From: Xylographa opegraphella
Taxonomy: Eukaryota
NCBI GenBank assembly: GCA_022813865.1
Contig: JALDZX010000004.1
Span: 62,001-126,000 of the forward strand
DNA length: 64,000 nucleotides
Reading direction: 5' to 3'
In this document: positions 12,717-26,034 of the stretch, one piece after another
Position numbering within the stretch: position 1 is the stretch's first letter
Layout: each line of letters begins with the position of its first letter
Notes under the pieces: generated by a model
Told to the model about the DNA's origin: nothing
The model's input: the letters and a program-made list of their open reading frames with translations, nothing else
Database searches by the model: none
Translations under genes and position numbers: made by a program

Positions 12717-15700
12717 TGCAATAACCGTGATGGACAAATCCTTGTAAACGCCTCGTAAGCCCTCGACGGTGATCCACGAGGCGTACAGCGGTCAGAACGT
12801 TGGTCCAAAGGACTTAGCTTATGCACCTTGGCATGTCGGATCTCGTAGCAGCTGCTCATCACAAAAGAGAGGCCGAATATCACCACTACACAACGGAACA
12901 AGCAGTCATCGATCACGTCTCATGGATCATGGTAGTCGTCGTGCACCTAGAGTTTCACTCTTTTATTAAGGCAGATGCAAGTCTGCATCCGCGAGGTTCC
13001 GTGTTACTATGACGAGAAGGCATCCTATCATCAAGGATATGTAAATCCGACGGTATCATTAAGCTGAGTACTTCGATGTGGATCAAGTACGGAGTAAATG
13101 GCCTATTTCGTGGAGTGATGCCATTCCCTATTGTTCCGATGGTGCCCAGCCACTTATTACTTCTTGCGATTCGGAGGAGTTTTATTGCTTTGCAGGTGTC
13201 ATCTGCTTCTACTGAAGAGCAAGTTCGCCCGACATCATGTTTCCAGGACTGCGTACACCAACAATTTCCATGTTGAGAAATAATATGGCCCAGCGGGCCA
13301 TTGACTTTTCAGCCTGCCAATAATGTAAAAATTTCACGTTCTAGTTCTTTAAGCAAAGCTGCGGCTTCACGGTATGAAACCAGGTACATTGCGAACGAAT
13401 CATAGATTTATGAGCTGGTGGAGTAGCAAGTTTCGGGTGACTACTGACTTTTCCTGGACATGACAGTGATCAATCAACCCGTAAGTTATTGCAGAATCCG
13501 TATTGCCAAATCCGTAGTGCCAGTCGAAAGGAACGAAACCTGGAGGAAGTGAAGGGCCCGTGCCGCTGGCCCGACCTAATGATGTCGATGCGAGCCTTCG
13601 ATACTTGCCCGCTGTGCTCTTGGCCCCCATCGCTTGGGCATTTGCGTTATTGGTCATACTTAGAGTGGTGAGACCTAGATCTCCACATCCGACCAACATG
13701 ATCACAGCCTGGTCCCCGGCTCGCATATTAATCAGGCATGTTCAGAATCGCCAGCAGCACCGAAGTGTTACGGCGAAGTGCACCACTCCGCAGTTACGCA
13801 GTAATCCTGGTTGCAAAACACGCCAACGGCTCTCTTTTCGTTCTGACGGCCGGTCAGGGATCGGAATTTTACACCAAATCTTTCCACCACATGCGAGCAG
13901 TAGTAGCGGAGAGGAATGCTTCCTGCCTCGCGAGCAGTCTGCTCAACCAAGCCATCCATGCAGCAAAAGCCGTCCGTATTAGCTTCCGCCGGCACTGTCG
14001 TCATGCAACCCCACCCCGAGAGAGGAGTCGTGTTATCCACCGACGCTTGAAGGTGAGGTAAATGACTGATCGGGCGTCTGCTGAATCCTAAGGTCTTTGC
14101 CGCCGTGGTAGTCCTTGCACATTCAGGGAATTCTTCCTACAGGCCTCCGTTGGAACGCTGCCGAACGACATGGTTCCCGACGGCTTAGCCATTTGTCACT
14201 AGATAGCCGGGCTTACGATTTAGATAGCGACCAACTTATCGTCCTTCAAAGGTTGCGAAGACGGCCTAGAGGCGTCTCGGCGTTGGAACAATAGTCCTGG
14301 CTAGTTTGTATCATGACCGCTGCCCACAGCAAGCAAAAAGAAATTTCACAGCGTGCAGCAACGATCCAAGCAACCTTTTGGTTAAAGTGGCTGCAGGGAG
14401 GTTCGGTCGGGGATCTGCAAGGCGGTCAGGAAGCCGGTGGTGCAGACTTGAGAGTCATCCAACAGCATGAGGCACCTCCGATGATGACCCAATGGGTCGG
14501 TCATTCGGCTCTCATCCTTGGGACCGTGATTACGCCTGTGGAGTAATGCGAAGTTATCCTGCACCGATTCTCCAGCTTAGGCGATGCAGGACTGGCCATG
14601 ATCGTTAGTCCTTTGAACAACATCATCCAGGGTCGTGGCCGCGTAACAATAATCAGCACGAAGTCGAGCCATCATGCACAGTGAAGGCATACACGAATGC
14701 CGTCTCCGAGGCTTCCTCTTACAGTGGTGGCCGATCGGCAACGGACCAAAGCGCCAAAGGACCAAAAAGGACAGGGGTGATTTCTTGGTGTTTCGTAAGG
14801 GGGGGGAGTGATTAGTGGTGGGCGCCATTATTACAACATGCGTCGCTGGATCATTTCCCAGCATGAGCCGAGCCTTAATCTACGCAGCTGTGCTCCGTAC
14901 TACTGGCCCCAAACAAGGGGGGTGCTGTCAGCCAGAAGCGGGTGGAGTTTTTGTTCACATGTGCACCACAGGCATGCATGCTGTGAGCCCGTCTCCAGCA
15001 AGTGGTAAACTTCAGCGGATGTGCCAGGCTGGAAAGAAAGTGTCCCAGACATTGACTTGTTCCACCACCGCCCGATCTCACACAAGCTGAGTTTTCACAA
15101 CCTAGGCCCGCTGGCCAATTAGGGGCGCCGGGTGAGTGGATTTGCTTTCTCTATCACCGCTCTTCCGCTCAACCTTTGCACGGCATAAGACGCGGAAGCT
15201 GTGCGGTTCGCGATCGACTCGCTGGATGGAATACTTGCGCAGAGGGATGAAAGGAGGAGGATTCCTTGGATCCATCCGTCTTGGATCCATCCGTCCAGAG
15301 CCACATCGGTGCCAGTTTCGTGGTTACATGACCTTAGCGGCTTCACTCAGAGGCACCCCATCAGCATCCGGCGCTCCTCGAATACGGATGGTCTGATGGG
15401 AGCGAGTAAGATTATTATTGGAGATGACACTGAGAGTCCCGGGCCGTGATCAAACACATCCAAGATATCGATAACCCGACCACGATTACGCGGAGCGACA
15501 TATCAGCCTGTGACCGCTTTCCTCAACCGCCACGCTGATATTCGCTCCCGATCCCCCACTTCCGCAGTACGCAGTAGTAGGCAAATAGGTTTGCATCCAG
15601 TCCATCACCATAGCCATCGCCATCGTCTATCTTATGCCTCTTGCCGTTCCCCCTTGGACGTCGATCGTCATCGGTGATGGTTAGCATCCAGACGACAGAG

Positions 15701-18148
15701 GAAGAGGGGATGCAGCGTGCTGAACTCCGGCTGGCGTGGCGCCCTATGGAGATACGCAGTAATGTGCCACCCGCCAATCAACGCGTCCCAACGAGGGATG
15801 TGCGAAGCCATGCGGTTTATGGTATCTCCGTACTACCTTGACATTACTGCCGTCAAGGCACCCCTCAGCTTCTGTTCAACAGCAACCGGTCCGCTCTTTG
15901 GGTAGTCTTGGGGATTGGACAGAGAGCAGCAACGGGCGCATATCTCGCAAATAGGCATGCAGGATCTTATTTCGGCAAGAATCCGATGGCGAAAAGGGGC
16001 TGAAGGTGGTAGGCAGCGCAACACGCGTGCGATCGTGGGCGGATCGAGGCTAGCAAATAATAGCATAGCAGGAGGGAGACCAGCTCCTGACTACTCTTAC
16101 CTTTGACCTACTCCTCCCTTCCCTCCTGTGTCTCCCCCATCCTGCCCATCCCGGCTCTACCGAACGCGCAGTTGCATTTTCCCACTTCCTATTATTCCTT
16201 CCCTTTTCTTCTGATGGATCCGTTCCCGTATTCCTGCCCCCTTCGCCCCCTTGTCCGGCTGCTCCTGCTTTGCTGCATCTCCCTGACCAACCCCGACCGA
16301 GTGGAAACGGCCACTGCCACTTGTTCCCACTAACGACCGACTGCGCAGGCTCCAGCTCCCCGACCCCCCCTCCTTCCGCGCAACGTATTATTCACGGGCC
16401 CGTGTCTCGCCAGTATGTAGCCTCGTACTATGGGAAGTTGTAACAAGGGCGCCAGTAGTCCATCGGTAGTACCTAGTCAGTTTAGCAGAAGGCAAAGGAC
16501 CGCTTATGCCTCTCTCCCTCACCCCCCTCCCCGGCACGAAGTAGTAGGAGTAAGAATAGGAGGAGGGTAAGCATGCCAATAATCTCATCTCGGCCGCGAA
16601 TGATCCACGTCCCCCGGGCCAATCTTTCTCAGCTTGGTGGTCTCTCCCTCCTACATTATTCCTTCCGTACCGATCATTATTACATGACAGCTCTGTGGCC
16701 TGCGGCACGCGGCGTCGTTCTACCACGGCCACACGACAACGGCCGGGGGGGGGTGTGTGGACTGTGGGAGGAGCGGCATTCGGGTCGGTGTGATTGGGGC
16801 CTGCCTGATACAACGAAACTCGTTGCTCCTTTTTCGCCTTTCGCCTTTCGCTCCTCCCTAGCCCGGTGGACCAGCACGTTGCCAGCTGGGACTTGTTGTG
16901 GGAGGAGTCGGACTGCACTCTAACTCACACTTTCGCTGGCTCGGCTTTTTTGGTGGCTCCCTCGCCCTGCCCCTCCATCCAGAAATGCAATAATCCAATA
17001 CCCGACTGCTAAATGTGTGACGATCGTCCTTTTGATCCAGAATGACAGCCAGCACAGGCTCTCGTTTCGCCCGCACCCACCCCCGGTCGGTGGATGGCCG
17101 ACGGGGTGGATGATTAATGTTACTATTCTTCCCACCATCATCCACTCTGGATCAGACTACCAAGACCTCCCCAGACTACCACCTGCCTCCACGTCGTCGG
17201 AAGTGAGTCTCGTGTCCTGTCGTGTCGTGTCGTGTCCTGTCCTGCCCAGCGCCCGTCGTGGTGCTCGGCCCAACTGATCCATGAACAAGCGGGCTCTCCC
17301 TCGTCCTGCCTCTAGGCTCTCACGCCTTTGCCTTCTTACCTACACCATCGCAGTTGCAGGCTTGCAGCAAAGTTGCAAACCGAACTACGGCCTCCCGCGC
17401 TAAGCTGGGTTGGGGCCTCTGCAACTCTTGACTCTCTTGACACCAGTGACCACTGACCACTGACCACTGACCACCGACCACCGATCAAACTGGCCACCGA
17501 CCACTGGTGGAGGTCGGATGCTCGTCCACGTCTTTTGCTCGAAATCTAATTCCAGACGCTCCTACCCTGCGAGCCTGCCCTTCTACTTTACCCACTTTCC
17601 TAGACACTATTATTGTTGTTCCGAGATCAGCCCTTCGACATGCCTGAATCATGCCGGGCCTGACGAGCTATCTACATACCAGGAATTAATCATGTTATTC
17701 ATTCCCTTAGTCTCCACCACCAATCACATGCATCTTGATTCACGCTGTCCGTGGAGCAATCTCACTTCATAACATCCGTCTTCTGCCATCAGCTCATCGG
17801 TGACACTTGCTCATCCTGAGTGCATGGTGCCGAGTGGCCGCTTCCCTCAATGTGCATCCGACTATCAAACCCACGCTTCACAGTAATTGCCAACAGCAGC
17901 ATTCCTCCGGCTTGACGCCGCTCCCCCAAGCAACACGGTTGACACACTGAGGTCCTCACCAACGAAACTGACGATACTCTGCCGTGGTGTTGATGCTCCG
18001 TGCTTCTGGTGACCATCACCTCTCCGTCGATCACCCTGGGGCGAGCTTGGATGAAGTCTCGATGCCTCCAGACCTCGGACAAGCAATAGACGATTACCTC
18101 ACCGTACTGACCTAGATACTTTCCATCACGTCCACTGCCATTGCATCA

Positions 18149-20195
18149 ATGACTGCCTTCCTGCCACACTCGGTGCCTCCATTCCACTTGCCTCCGTCCT
18201 ACCGCCTGGCACGAGACGACCCTCGGTTTGTGCAGCCTACCAGAACAAATTACACGTTGGCAGAGGAAAATTACCACCAAGAGCGGAAAGAGGCGGAGTT
18301 GAGAGCAAGGCAAGAGCCCAATACGAAACTGGTTTCACAGTGGTTGGCCGGTACAGAAGAGGTGCCCCTGCGTGGCCGACGACTTTCGTCACCGGTCATG
18401 AATGGAGCTGCAGTCAACTCTATGCTGGCACCGATATACGGAGGGCTTTACAATGGGCAAGCAGTCACGAATCATACTACGAACCTAGGGAGAACAACGG
18501 TGTCAGGGAGCAAAGCCCCAGTTACCACAGCCCGGCACAATCCTGGAAGCTCCAGTCAAGCTTCGAGTCCGGTCAACAATGGGCCGACCCAAAGCAACAC
18601 GACGAGGAGGAGGAGCTCTGGTGGTGATAACCAGATCGTCTCCTACCTGCAGATACCCTCCTCCATCAACGACAGCAAGGGCAGCTTGGCGGAGTTTGCC
18701 GCTCAGGTAAGGAACTGCAAGACCGCTGATATGTCCTTGGCTCATGAAGCATAGATCACATGTTTGTTCTGGTTTGAGTCTTCATTTACACTTCATCGGG
18801 TGGAAGAGTCCAAGATCACGCCCACGCCCACCACGCCTCTGGTTTTGGAGGCACTGCCAACCATTGGCTTTCGCAAATGGGTCACGACCATCCTATCGAC
18901 GACTCAGGTTACACAAAATGTCATCCTCTTGGCACTGATGTTCATCTATCGGCTCAAAAAGCTCAACCCAACCGTCAAAGGCAAGCCTGGCAGCGAATTT
19001 CGGCTGCTGACTGTGGCCCTGATGCTGGGCAACAAATGTGAGAAGTGCCCAGTGATTGCGTAATGATCGTCCCCGTTGCTGATAGTTTACAGTCCTGGAT
19101 GATAATACATACACGAATAAGACTTGGGCTGAAGTCTCGGGAATATCGGTCCAGGAGATTCATATCATGGAGGTTGAATTTTTGAGCAACATGAGATACA
19201 CGCTCTACGTCTCGGATCTTGAATGGGCTCTCTGGCATCGAAAGCTTGGCCGGTTCTGGGATTATTTTGACAAGGCGTCGAAAACCGCAGTGGAGATACA
19301 AAGACCGACCCAAAACCTCAACCTTCCCATGTTACCTTCACCACCATTATCCTTACAAGCGTCGCCGCCGTTTGTCACAGGCCGGTATGCCAACAGCTTC
19401 ATGTTCCCAAACCCAGCTTCTTTCCCGCCAATGCCAATACAACTTGCTCCCACACTTCCATTGCCTAATTGGGACAACTTCAGGATGCACGAAGGCGACT
19501 CGAGATCCAACGGGAGGAAGAGAAGTTATGATGATCTTGGTCAAGGTCCTACAGCCAAAAGAGCCCGTTCGATCAACTCTGCAGATGTACCGTCTTTGAC
19601 AAACTCCTCGACTCCCTCGAACTACGTTACTCCAAGGCTTCCGGTTCCAAATCTATCCATATCAACCAGCGGTCATTTGGGCATGTATCCCGGCTCATAT
19701 TCTGCTCAGCTGCCCGTACCAACTGGCCGAGCAATGTCCACACTTTATCCTGTCGGCCCGCAGTACTCGAGCAATCCTCTGGCGCCGCTGCAAAGCGCGG
19801 CCTCCTCCAGCACCCTTCCTCCGATGAACGAACAGCTTCGCAAACCACAAGATTTTGGTTCGCGGACCACATCGCCCACCGTCGCTGGTTTGATGCAGAA
19901 TTCACAAGACCTTCTTTCACCATCAGGATATCCTTCACAAAGAAGTTCGCCCTACAAACCACTCCGAAGTGTGAATACGCTTCTTGTGCCACCGCCTTCT
20001 GCGTCTTTGCACAACCCATCACAAAGATTGGGGTCGAACAACATGCACTACCAACCCCTTGGGAAACCGTTAAGCGAGCGTAAAACCGGAGTCGTCCCGT
20101 ACACGCAACAGGAGCCATGGCACCAGGTACCACAAACTTCTCAATGGCCTCTACTTCCACAGCCATGTCTAACACCATCAAACCTCCGCCTTTAA
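18149..20195 (+). CDS. Pho85-type cyclin, Clg1/Mug80-like, 3 exons
   Basis: SLAEFAAQ|ITCLFWFE, ILLALMFIYRLK, LLTVALMLGNK|FLDDNTYTNKTWAEVSGI..EIHIMEVEFL; Pro/Ser-rich C-terminus. Confidence 0.9.
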
Positions 20196-22323
20196 TTCGA
20201 CACCCTGAAGGTCCGACACAAGTTCTTAGAATTGGGCATACTTTTAGAGCTTACTGTCCAACACTTTGCTAGAGGACATCAAAAAAGTCCAAATACTAAT
20301 TGAAACACTATTTTGCATTTTGCATTCCGGGCGCTTTGCGTCTTCCGTGCACCTGAAAACTATCGGTTCTTGCCGGGCATTGCGGTGGCGTTATTATGAA
20401 GCATATTACCTCTCCCTGACGGAGTCAGGCTTTGGCATTGCTGGGAGTTCGATTTCCTTTGTCTAGGTCATGCATATATCCTGGAAGCTCTGAAGCCTGA
20501 GCCTGTGAGGATCACAGACACGGATCGGCAGTTTCTGTTTTTTTTTTTTTTTGCATGGCATCTGGCGTCTATAGTACCGGGTCGCAGCCACGGACCCGGT
20601 TTGCATGAGAATGAACCGGTGGCTCGCAACTTCTCTGCCGCTGAAGCCACGGGGGTCCGGCAGCCCACACATGCTTTGTTCCAGAGCGGCCGGAAGCGGG
20701 GCGGGCGGGCTGGCTGGCTATTTTTTTTGTACATATGTTTGGAGCTGGTAGAGATTAGTGTGGCTAGCTGGCTTAGTGCCGTTTGCAACATATACTGGCT
20801 CGGAGAAGAAAGCATTTACCCAAGCGCTCGCCCCCCGTGACTCCGGCACGGTTTTCCTTCTGCTCGAAGTGGGAGGGGACCTCCCCCGGGTCTTTTTTCC
20901 CTTCGCGCGAGATCGAGGACGGCGGGCCCTTCTTTTCTGCGTTCGTATAATCGGGTTCCGTGCCCTTTCTTCCCCTTCTCGCCCGTCCCGGCTTCCCGCC
21001 CCATTACGCCCCCGCGCTCTGTCCCGTCGGCTGCTTCCGTCGAGGGAGGAGGGCCTTTCCGGGCCCTTATCGGCCGCGCGAGTCTGTGCTCCGCTGGTCC
21101 CTCCCCCTTGGGCACGTACCATCTCCCCGTGGGGTGGAATGATTGCGTTTGCTGCGCTTCGTCCAGTCTGTTTACTGTTTATTGCGCACTGCGCACCGCC
21201 TCTGTTCGGTTTTCCATGTCTGATAGCTCGTCTCGTCGCTTTGTTTTTCTTGTCTTGGGTTCATGTCGTGCTTGCTACTGCTTCTTCCTCTTTTCCTCCT
21301 TTTTCTTTCTCTCCTGTCCTATCCTCGGATTGTCTGCCCTGTGCGCGGCTGCTGCGCGGGTGGCGGTTGGCGATCTCTTGGCTGACGACGGAGATGGGTT
21401 GGTTGGGGGGGTGGTGGTGGTTGGGCTTGAGGTGGTTGTGGAGTAGGTGGAGTAGGTGGATGGGGGTGTGGATGAGTGGGGAGCTCTGAGGAGTGGGAGG
21501 GGGAGAGTGGGGGAATAGGTGGCTGGGAAGTGGGGATGAGGGAGGTGCTGAGACGGAGGGTGGGAAGGCGGTGGCTGCGGGTGAGAAGGGGAGGATTACG
21601 GGGGGGAGAGGATCTGGTGGAGGAGGAGCACCAACGAGCAAGATCAATCGTGAGGGTAAGCAACGGGCTTCCGTCTTCCGTAGATAAGATGAGGGGTTTG
21701 CATTTGCATCAGTTCACAAGCATAGGTTGAGGTGGACAGGCTTCAGAGTGTTCTGTTCCATTCCACCACTCCTTCGTGCATCCATCTACACAAGGGAAAA
21801 GAACTCCCCGGCGTCTCTCACGCTTTCGCTCCCTATCTATCCACAGACGTGAGAATTACAATCGATATCCCATAAAAAGCCAGAACCCGCCGGAAGGAAA
21901 ACACCGCGCTTGAATACATCGCAGGACGACCACTGCTTCATATGATAGGTCGATTTTTTTTCGGACAGAAAACGAATGGGAAGTTGGATGGTAAAAGTCA
22001 TAGAAAGAAGTGAAATTTTGGAGTTGGGTGCAAAGCAGGGAGGGTATTAAGGGGTGTCGGAGCGGCTGCTGTCTGTGAGGGTGGACGAGGGGTTCGATCA
22101 TGGGTGTGGGCTTGAAGCCGCGGGTATGGGCCCGACCTGTGAGAGGTGCGGAAATGGTAGAGTGATGAACGATAGTAGCCGAGGTGAGCTATCGAGGATA
22201 TGCTCCCGGTGAGACAAAAACCTTATCGCGCGGCCGTGGGAAGGATAGAACTGATACGACAGCGCGTGGGGTATCTCGTGTGGTTTAACTTCATCTTCTT
22301 GATATGCGATTATATCAGGACGG

Positions 22324-23939
22324 TCATCGGTGTTTCTTGTCTGACGCGACCTTCTTCTCTTCCTTGACCGCATCTGCATAACTCTCACCCGGTTTCCTCC
22401 TCGCACTTTCATCCGCATTACCGTTCATACTCGGCTCGAGAAGCTTTCCGTTTCCATTCTCTTGCTTCATTTTCGCTTCTTTAGCATTTGAACGTGCCTG
22501 TGTAACGCCTTCCTTCTTCTCCGCCTCGTCATCAGTGTCATCATCGTCGCTACGAACGTCCTCTACTGTGCTTCGAAAGACGATGTTGAAGGCAATGCGG
22601 ACAATTAGGAAGAGCCAGAAAAGGTTCAGGGCTTGCAGGCTGGCGAGGAGGCCGAACGTGATGTATTGGCTAATCCAGCACTTGTATTGCTGGGTGTCCC
22701 AGTCTAGATTGAAAGGGCCAAGAGTGCTGAAGGTAGTCATTGTGGCATAGAGAATGACGAGATTTAGATAGTGGCGTAGATAGAGCCAAACGCACATGAA
22801 CAAGGAAAAGTATGGAACCGTGAGCGGGGAATTGAGGTAGTTGAGTGTTTTGGACGTCTGGTCAGTGAGGTGGACATATTAGCTGGGATCGCAGAATCCA
22901 GTCGGGAGGACAGAACGGAAAAGAGCTTACCGCTAAAAACAGGTCGCTGATGTCGTGGGTGATGTAGACAGCCAGACCCATGTATGTAAAGTGGAAGCGG
23001 TAACTCAACCAAATCAGCAACAAAGTCACTATGTGATGGCCAACCAGTTCTTTAAAGTCCTTCCTTGGTTTTTCGAGAAGGAGCATCAGCACAATGGCTT
23101 GTTGAGCCCAATAGCTGGCCTGAAGCAGGTAATAGACCTTGAAAAGCCCCTCGTGCGAGCGATGCGGGTATGTATCGAACATAGCAGCCGTGTTGAAATA
23201 CCAGACGGGAGTCCTAGACATGACATAAAGGCCAAATGCCCCAAAGACGGAAAAGTACATGGCAGTGTAGACTTGCTCCATGAAGCGAGACTGCTTGGAG
23301 CGGGACTGAATGCCGTAGTATATGGCGAGCGGTCGAATGACCCGTTGCATCAGGAATTCACGAGTGAATGAGAGGACCACCGTATAGAACGCCACGAAGG
23401 CAAAATCGCGAGGACCTTTGCCGTACTGCGTCGGCGCATCTGGACCTCGTGCTGCATGAGCTGGGATGAGAGGAGACGAGGGCGGTAAAGGATAGGAGAG
23501 GAAGATGGCGCTGTTGAGAGGGTTCGACTCGGTGGGATTGATGAAGTATAAAGAGAGTATCGCGATCGTGAGGATGAGTGGGTTCACCCAGGTGTGTTTG
23601 AAGGAGAGGTCCCTCCATCGGCGGAACAAGCCTCGGGCTTTTCGACGTTTCGAGTGTGTCCTCGGGACTTTGGTCTCGGAAGTACGCTGCAGAATATACT
23701 CAGTGAGGGTAGTATTGGTTTCTGGTAAGACCTACGGGTGTCAATGGCGGAGACGCAATCGTGGGCATCGGCTCCAGCGTCGACATAGCCGGAGCACCAG
23801 TATCTCCTCGAATATCCGCGCCCAGCCCACTAGATTTCCGCCGGGGTCTGGTCATGCCGTTTTTCGACCTTGAACTGCTGCTTTGCCTATTGTGTTTCTG
23901 GGTTGATAGTTCAGGAAATTGTCCTACAGTTTGCGACAT
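22324..23939 (-). CDS. LAC1: Ceramide synthase (TLC / Lag1 motif), 3 exons
   Basis: RFMEQVY, LEKPRKDFKELVGHHIVT, YITHDISDLFLA, WDTQQYKCWISQ, DVRSDDDD. LAC1 versus LAG1 orthology is not resolved. Confidence 0.92.
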
Positions 23940-24809
23940 GATGAGATCGAGGCAGGACTCTGATTACCCCGGGAGATTTCGAGATAAATTGCGCTGAGCA
24001 TCGCTTGTCGCGTGTCAACCAATGGCCTTGCCATTGGACACGGACCCACGCTTTGCCGCATTGCGTTGGTCGTTCAATACCACGTGACATCGGCCTTGGA
24101 AGTTTTAGGACGGCGGAGTTGAGCGACGAGCACAACACTGCATTGCGGGCCAGGTATGCAACTCATGTTCATAAGTCTATGGTTCGTGAAAACCAGTCGT
24201 ATCCAATGCTAGGACCAAAGGACGTTCGTGGGCTTTGCGTATTCTGAAGGGTGTGACAATCTTGAATGCGTAGCACCGACTATTTTACACTGTCGTGAGC
24301 TAATGTCAATTATCTATATCTGGCTCCAACTTCGTTTCCTGCGTGTCTATTCTACAAACACTTCGTGAACCTCTCTTGACAGAGGCTTTGATCAAGTTTG
24401 GCAATGTTGTCACTCTTCTCCACAGCTTTGTTGTTTTAGCAATTCTTGATAAGTGACGAGCGGCAACCAAGCGTGGACGACAGAATGGTTTCGTTTGCGT
24501 CATGGCGTATAGATCGATCGAGCATATTATATTGTCCTTTCCAATAGATGAGTGAAGGCAAGATGTACCATGCTATTCTCATACTGTTTCACATGGGCCT
24601 TCCACTCTTGTCGAACCTGAAATTCTTCACAAAGCACGAGGCACGTAACCGCCGGTGGAACACGAAGGCCAGGCTATCTACTTGGGCGCTATAGATCGTC
24701 TCCCCAATCCTCCCGTGCTCCTTTGCATTGATAGACTCTTTGAGTGTTGCTCTTCGTTGTGTCCCTTACTCTCACCTACATATCGAGCTGGATATCATTT
24801 TCACCGTCA

Positions 24810-25991
24810 TGGTAGGGCCAATCATGCATGAAGCCGGCATATGATCTGTTACTCAAGGCAACGCCAGAAAGAATACGTAGTCAGGGGGCTCTACCGGAGC
24901 GAGCATCCCGTCGTTGACTAAGTGCAGTAGTACATGGAAATGATGAAGAACTGACCCCGATCACAGCATCATCGCTGTTCATGGTCTCAATCGGGACTCC
25001 TTGAAGACCTGGACGTCCAAGCAGTCAAAAGCTTCATGGCTAAGCGATCCTGGCATGCTTCCTAAGGTGCTTCAGAATTCGAGATGCTTGACTTGGGGTT
25101 ATAATGCAAATGTCACGGCACTGCTTGGGGACACTTCAAGCGATCGGATCTTGCAGTACGCTCAGACGCTTGTCGCGCAGTTAGGAGCCGACCGCGCAGT
25201 ATGTTTCCCGGCAGGTCCTGGGTCGCACACACGAACTAAGGTCATTGTAACACAGATTGAAGGAGCGTCGGAACGGCTCTTAATCTTTGTCTGCCATTCC
25301 CTGGGAGGCATTATTGTCAAGCAAGTATGGACTTGCTCTTTGGCGCCGATTACTGTGATAGAATTGATCGGGGCTCCAGGCATTGGCCTACTCTGCGAGT
25401 AGGACCAGTAAGCATATTATACACCTCCTTTCCATCTTTATTTCAACCTACGCTGTCCTCTTTCTCGGCACGCCGCACAATGGCAGCGATCGAGTAAAGC
25501 TTGCGAGCACGGCACAGAAAATTCTGAGTGCGTTGACACCCAAGAAAGTCATGGACACAGATCCGCAACTCCTCAATGCATTGAAGGAAGGGTCAGAAAC
25601 GCTGCAAAACGTGACGGACATGTTCGCTCCATTGATGAAGCAGTTTCTGTATTCTTCTTTTGGGAGCAGGACAAAACGCATTTTGGCTATACACGGGATT
25701 ACGTACTTTTCTCCAATTGGCACTTGTCACCGATTACTGCTGATCACTTCTAGGTCGTGGAGAAGCATTATGTTGCCCCAATTCTAGACAAAATGGAGAG
25801 GTCTGGGGTTTGCGAGTCACTCTGACATGTGCAAACTTGAGCAGAACTCATCTGCGTATCGAGTCGTTGTGGCAGCGTGAATTAGATACTTGCGGGAGGC
25901 GCCCAATGTGATCGCAGTGCGATGGTTGCAGGCGCAAGAAATATTAATGTCGAAGAGGACAAGTGAGGCCTTGGAACTCACGAGAACCTAG
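24810..25991 (+). pseudogene. Stand-alone alpha/beta-hydrolase (SERAC1/DUF676, SesB-like), disrupted
   Basis: IIAVHGL...W...LTWGYNA, FVCHSLGGIIVKQ, FLGTPHNGS, HSDMCK; frameshifts near 25647 and 25808 and an in-frame TGA near 25878. Start position approximate. Confidence 0.75.
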
Positions 25992-26034
25992 CTTGAGTAG
26001 CAATGCAAGCCTTGGTAGCGCTCGTCCTTGCTGA

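Noticed and set aside
20758..21489. 243-aa plus-strand ORF
   Set aside because: Non-ATG start, low-complexity composition, no motifs.
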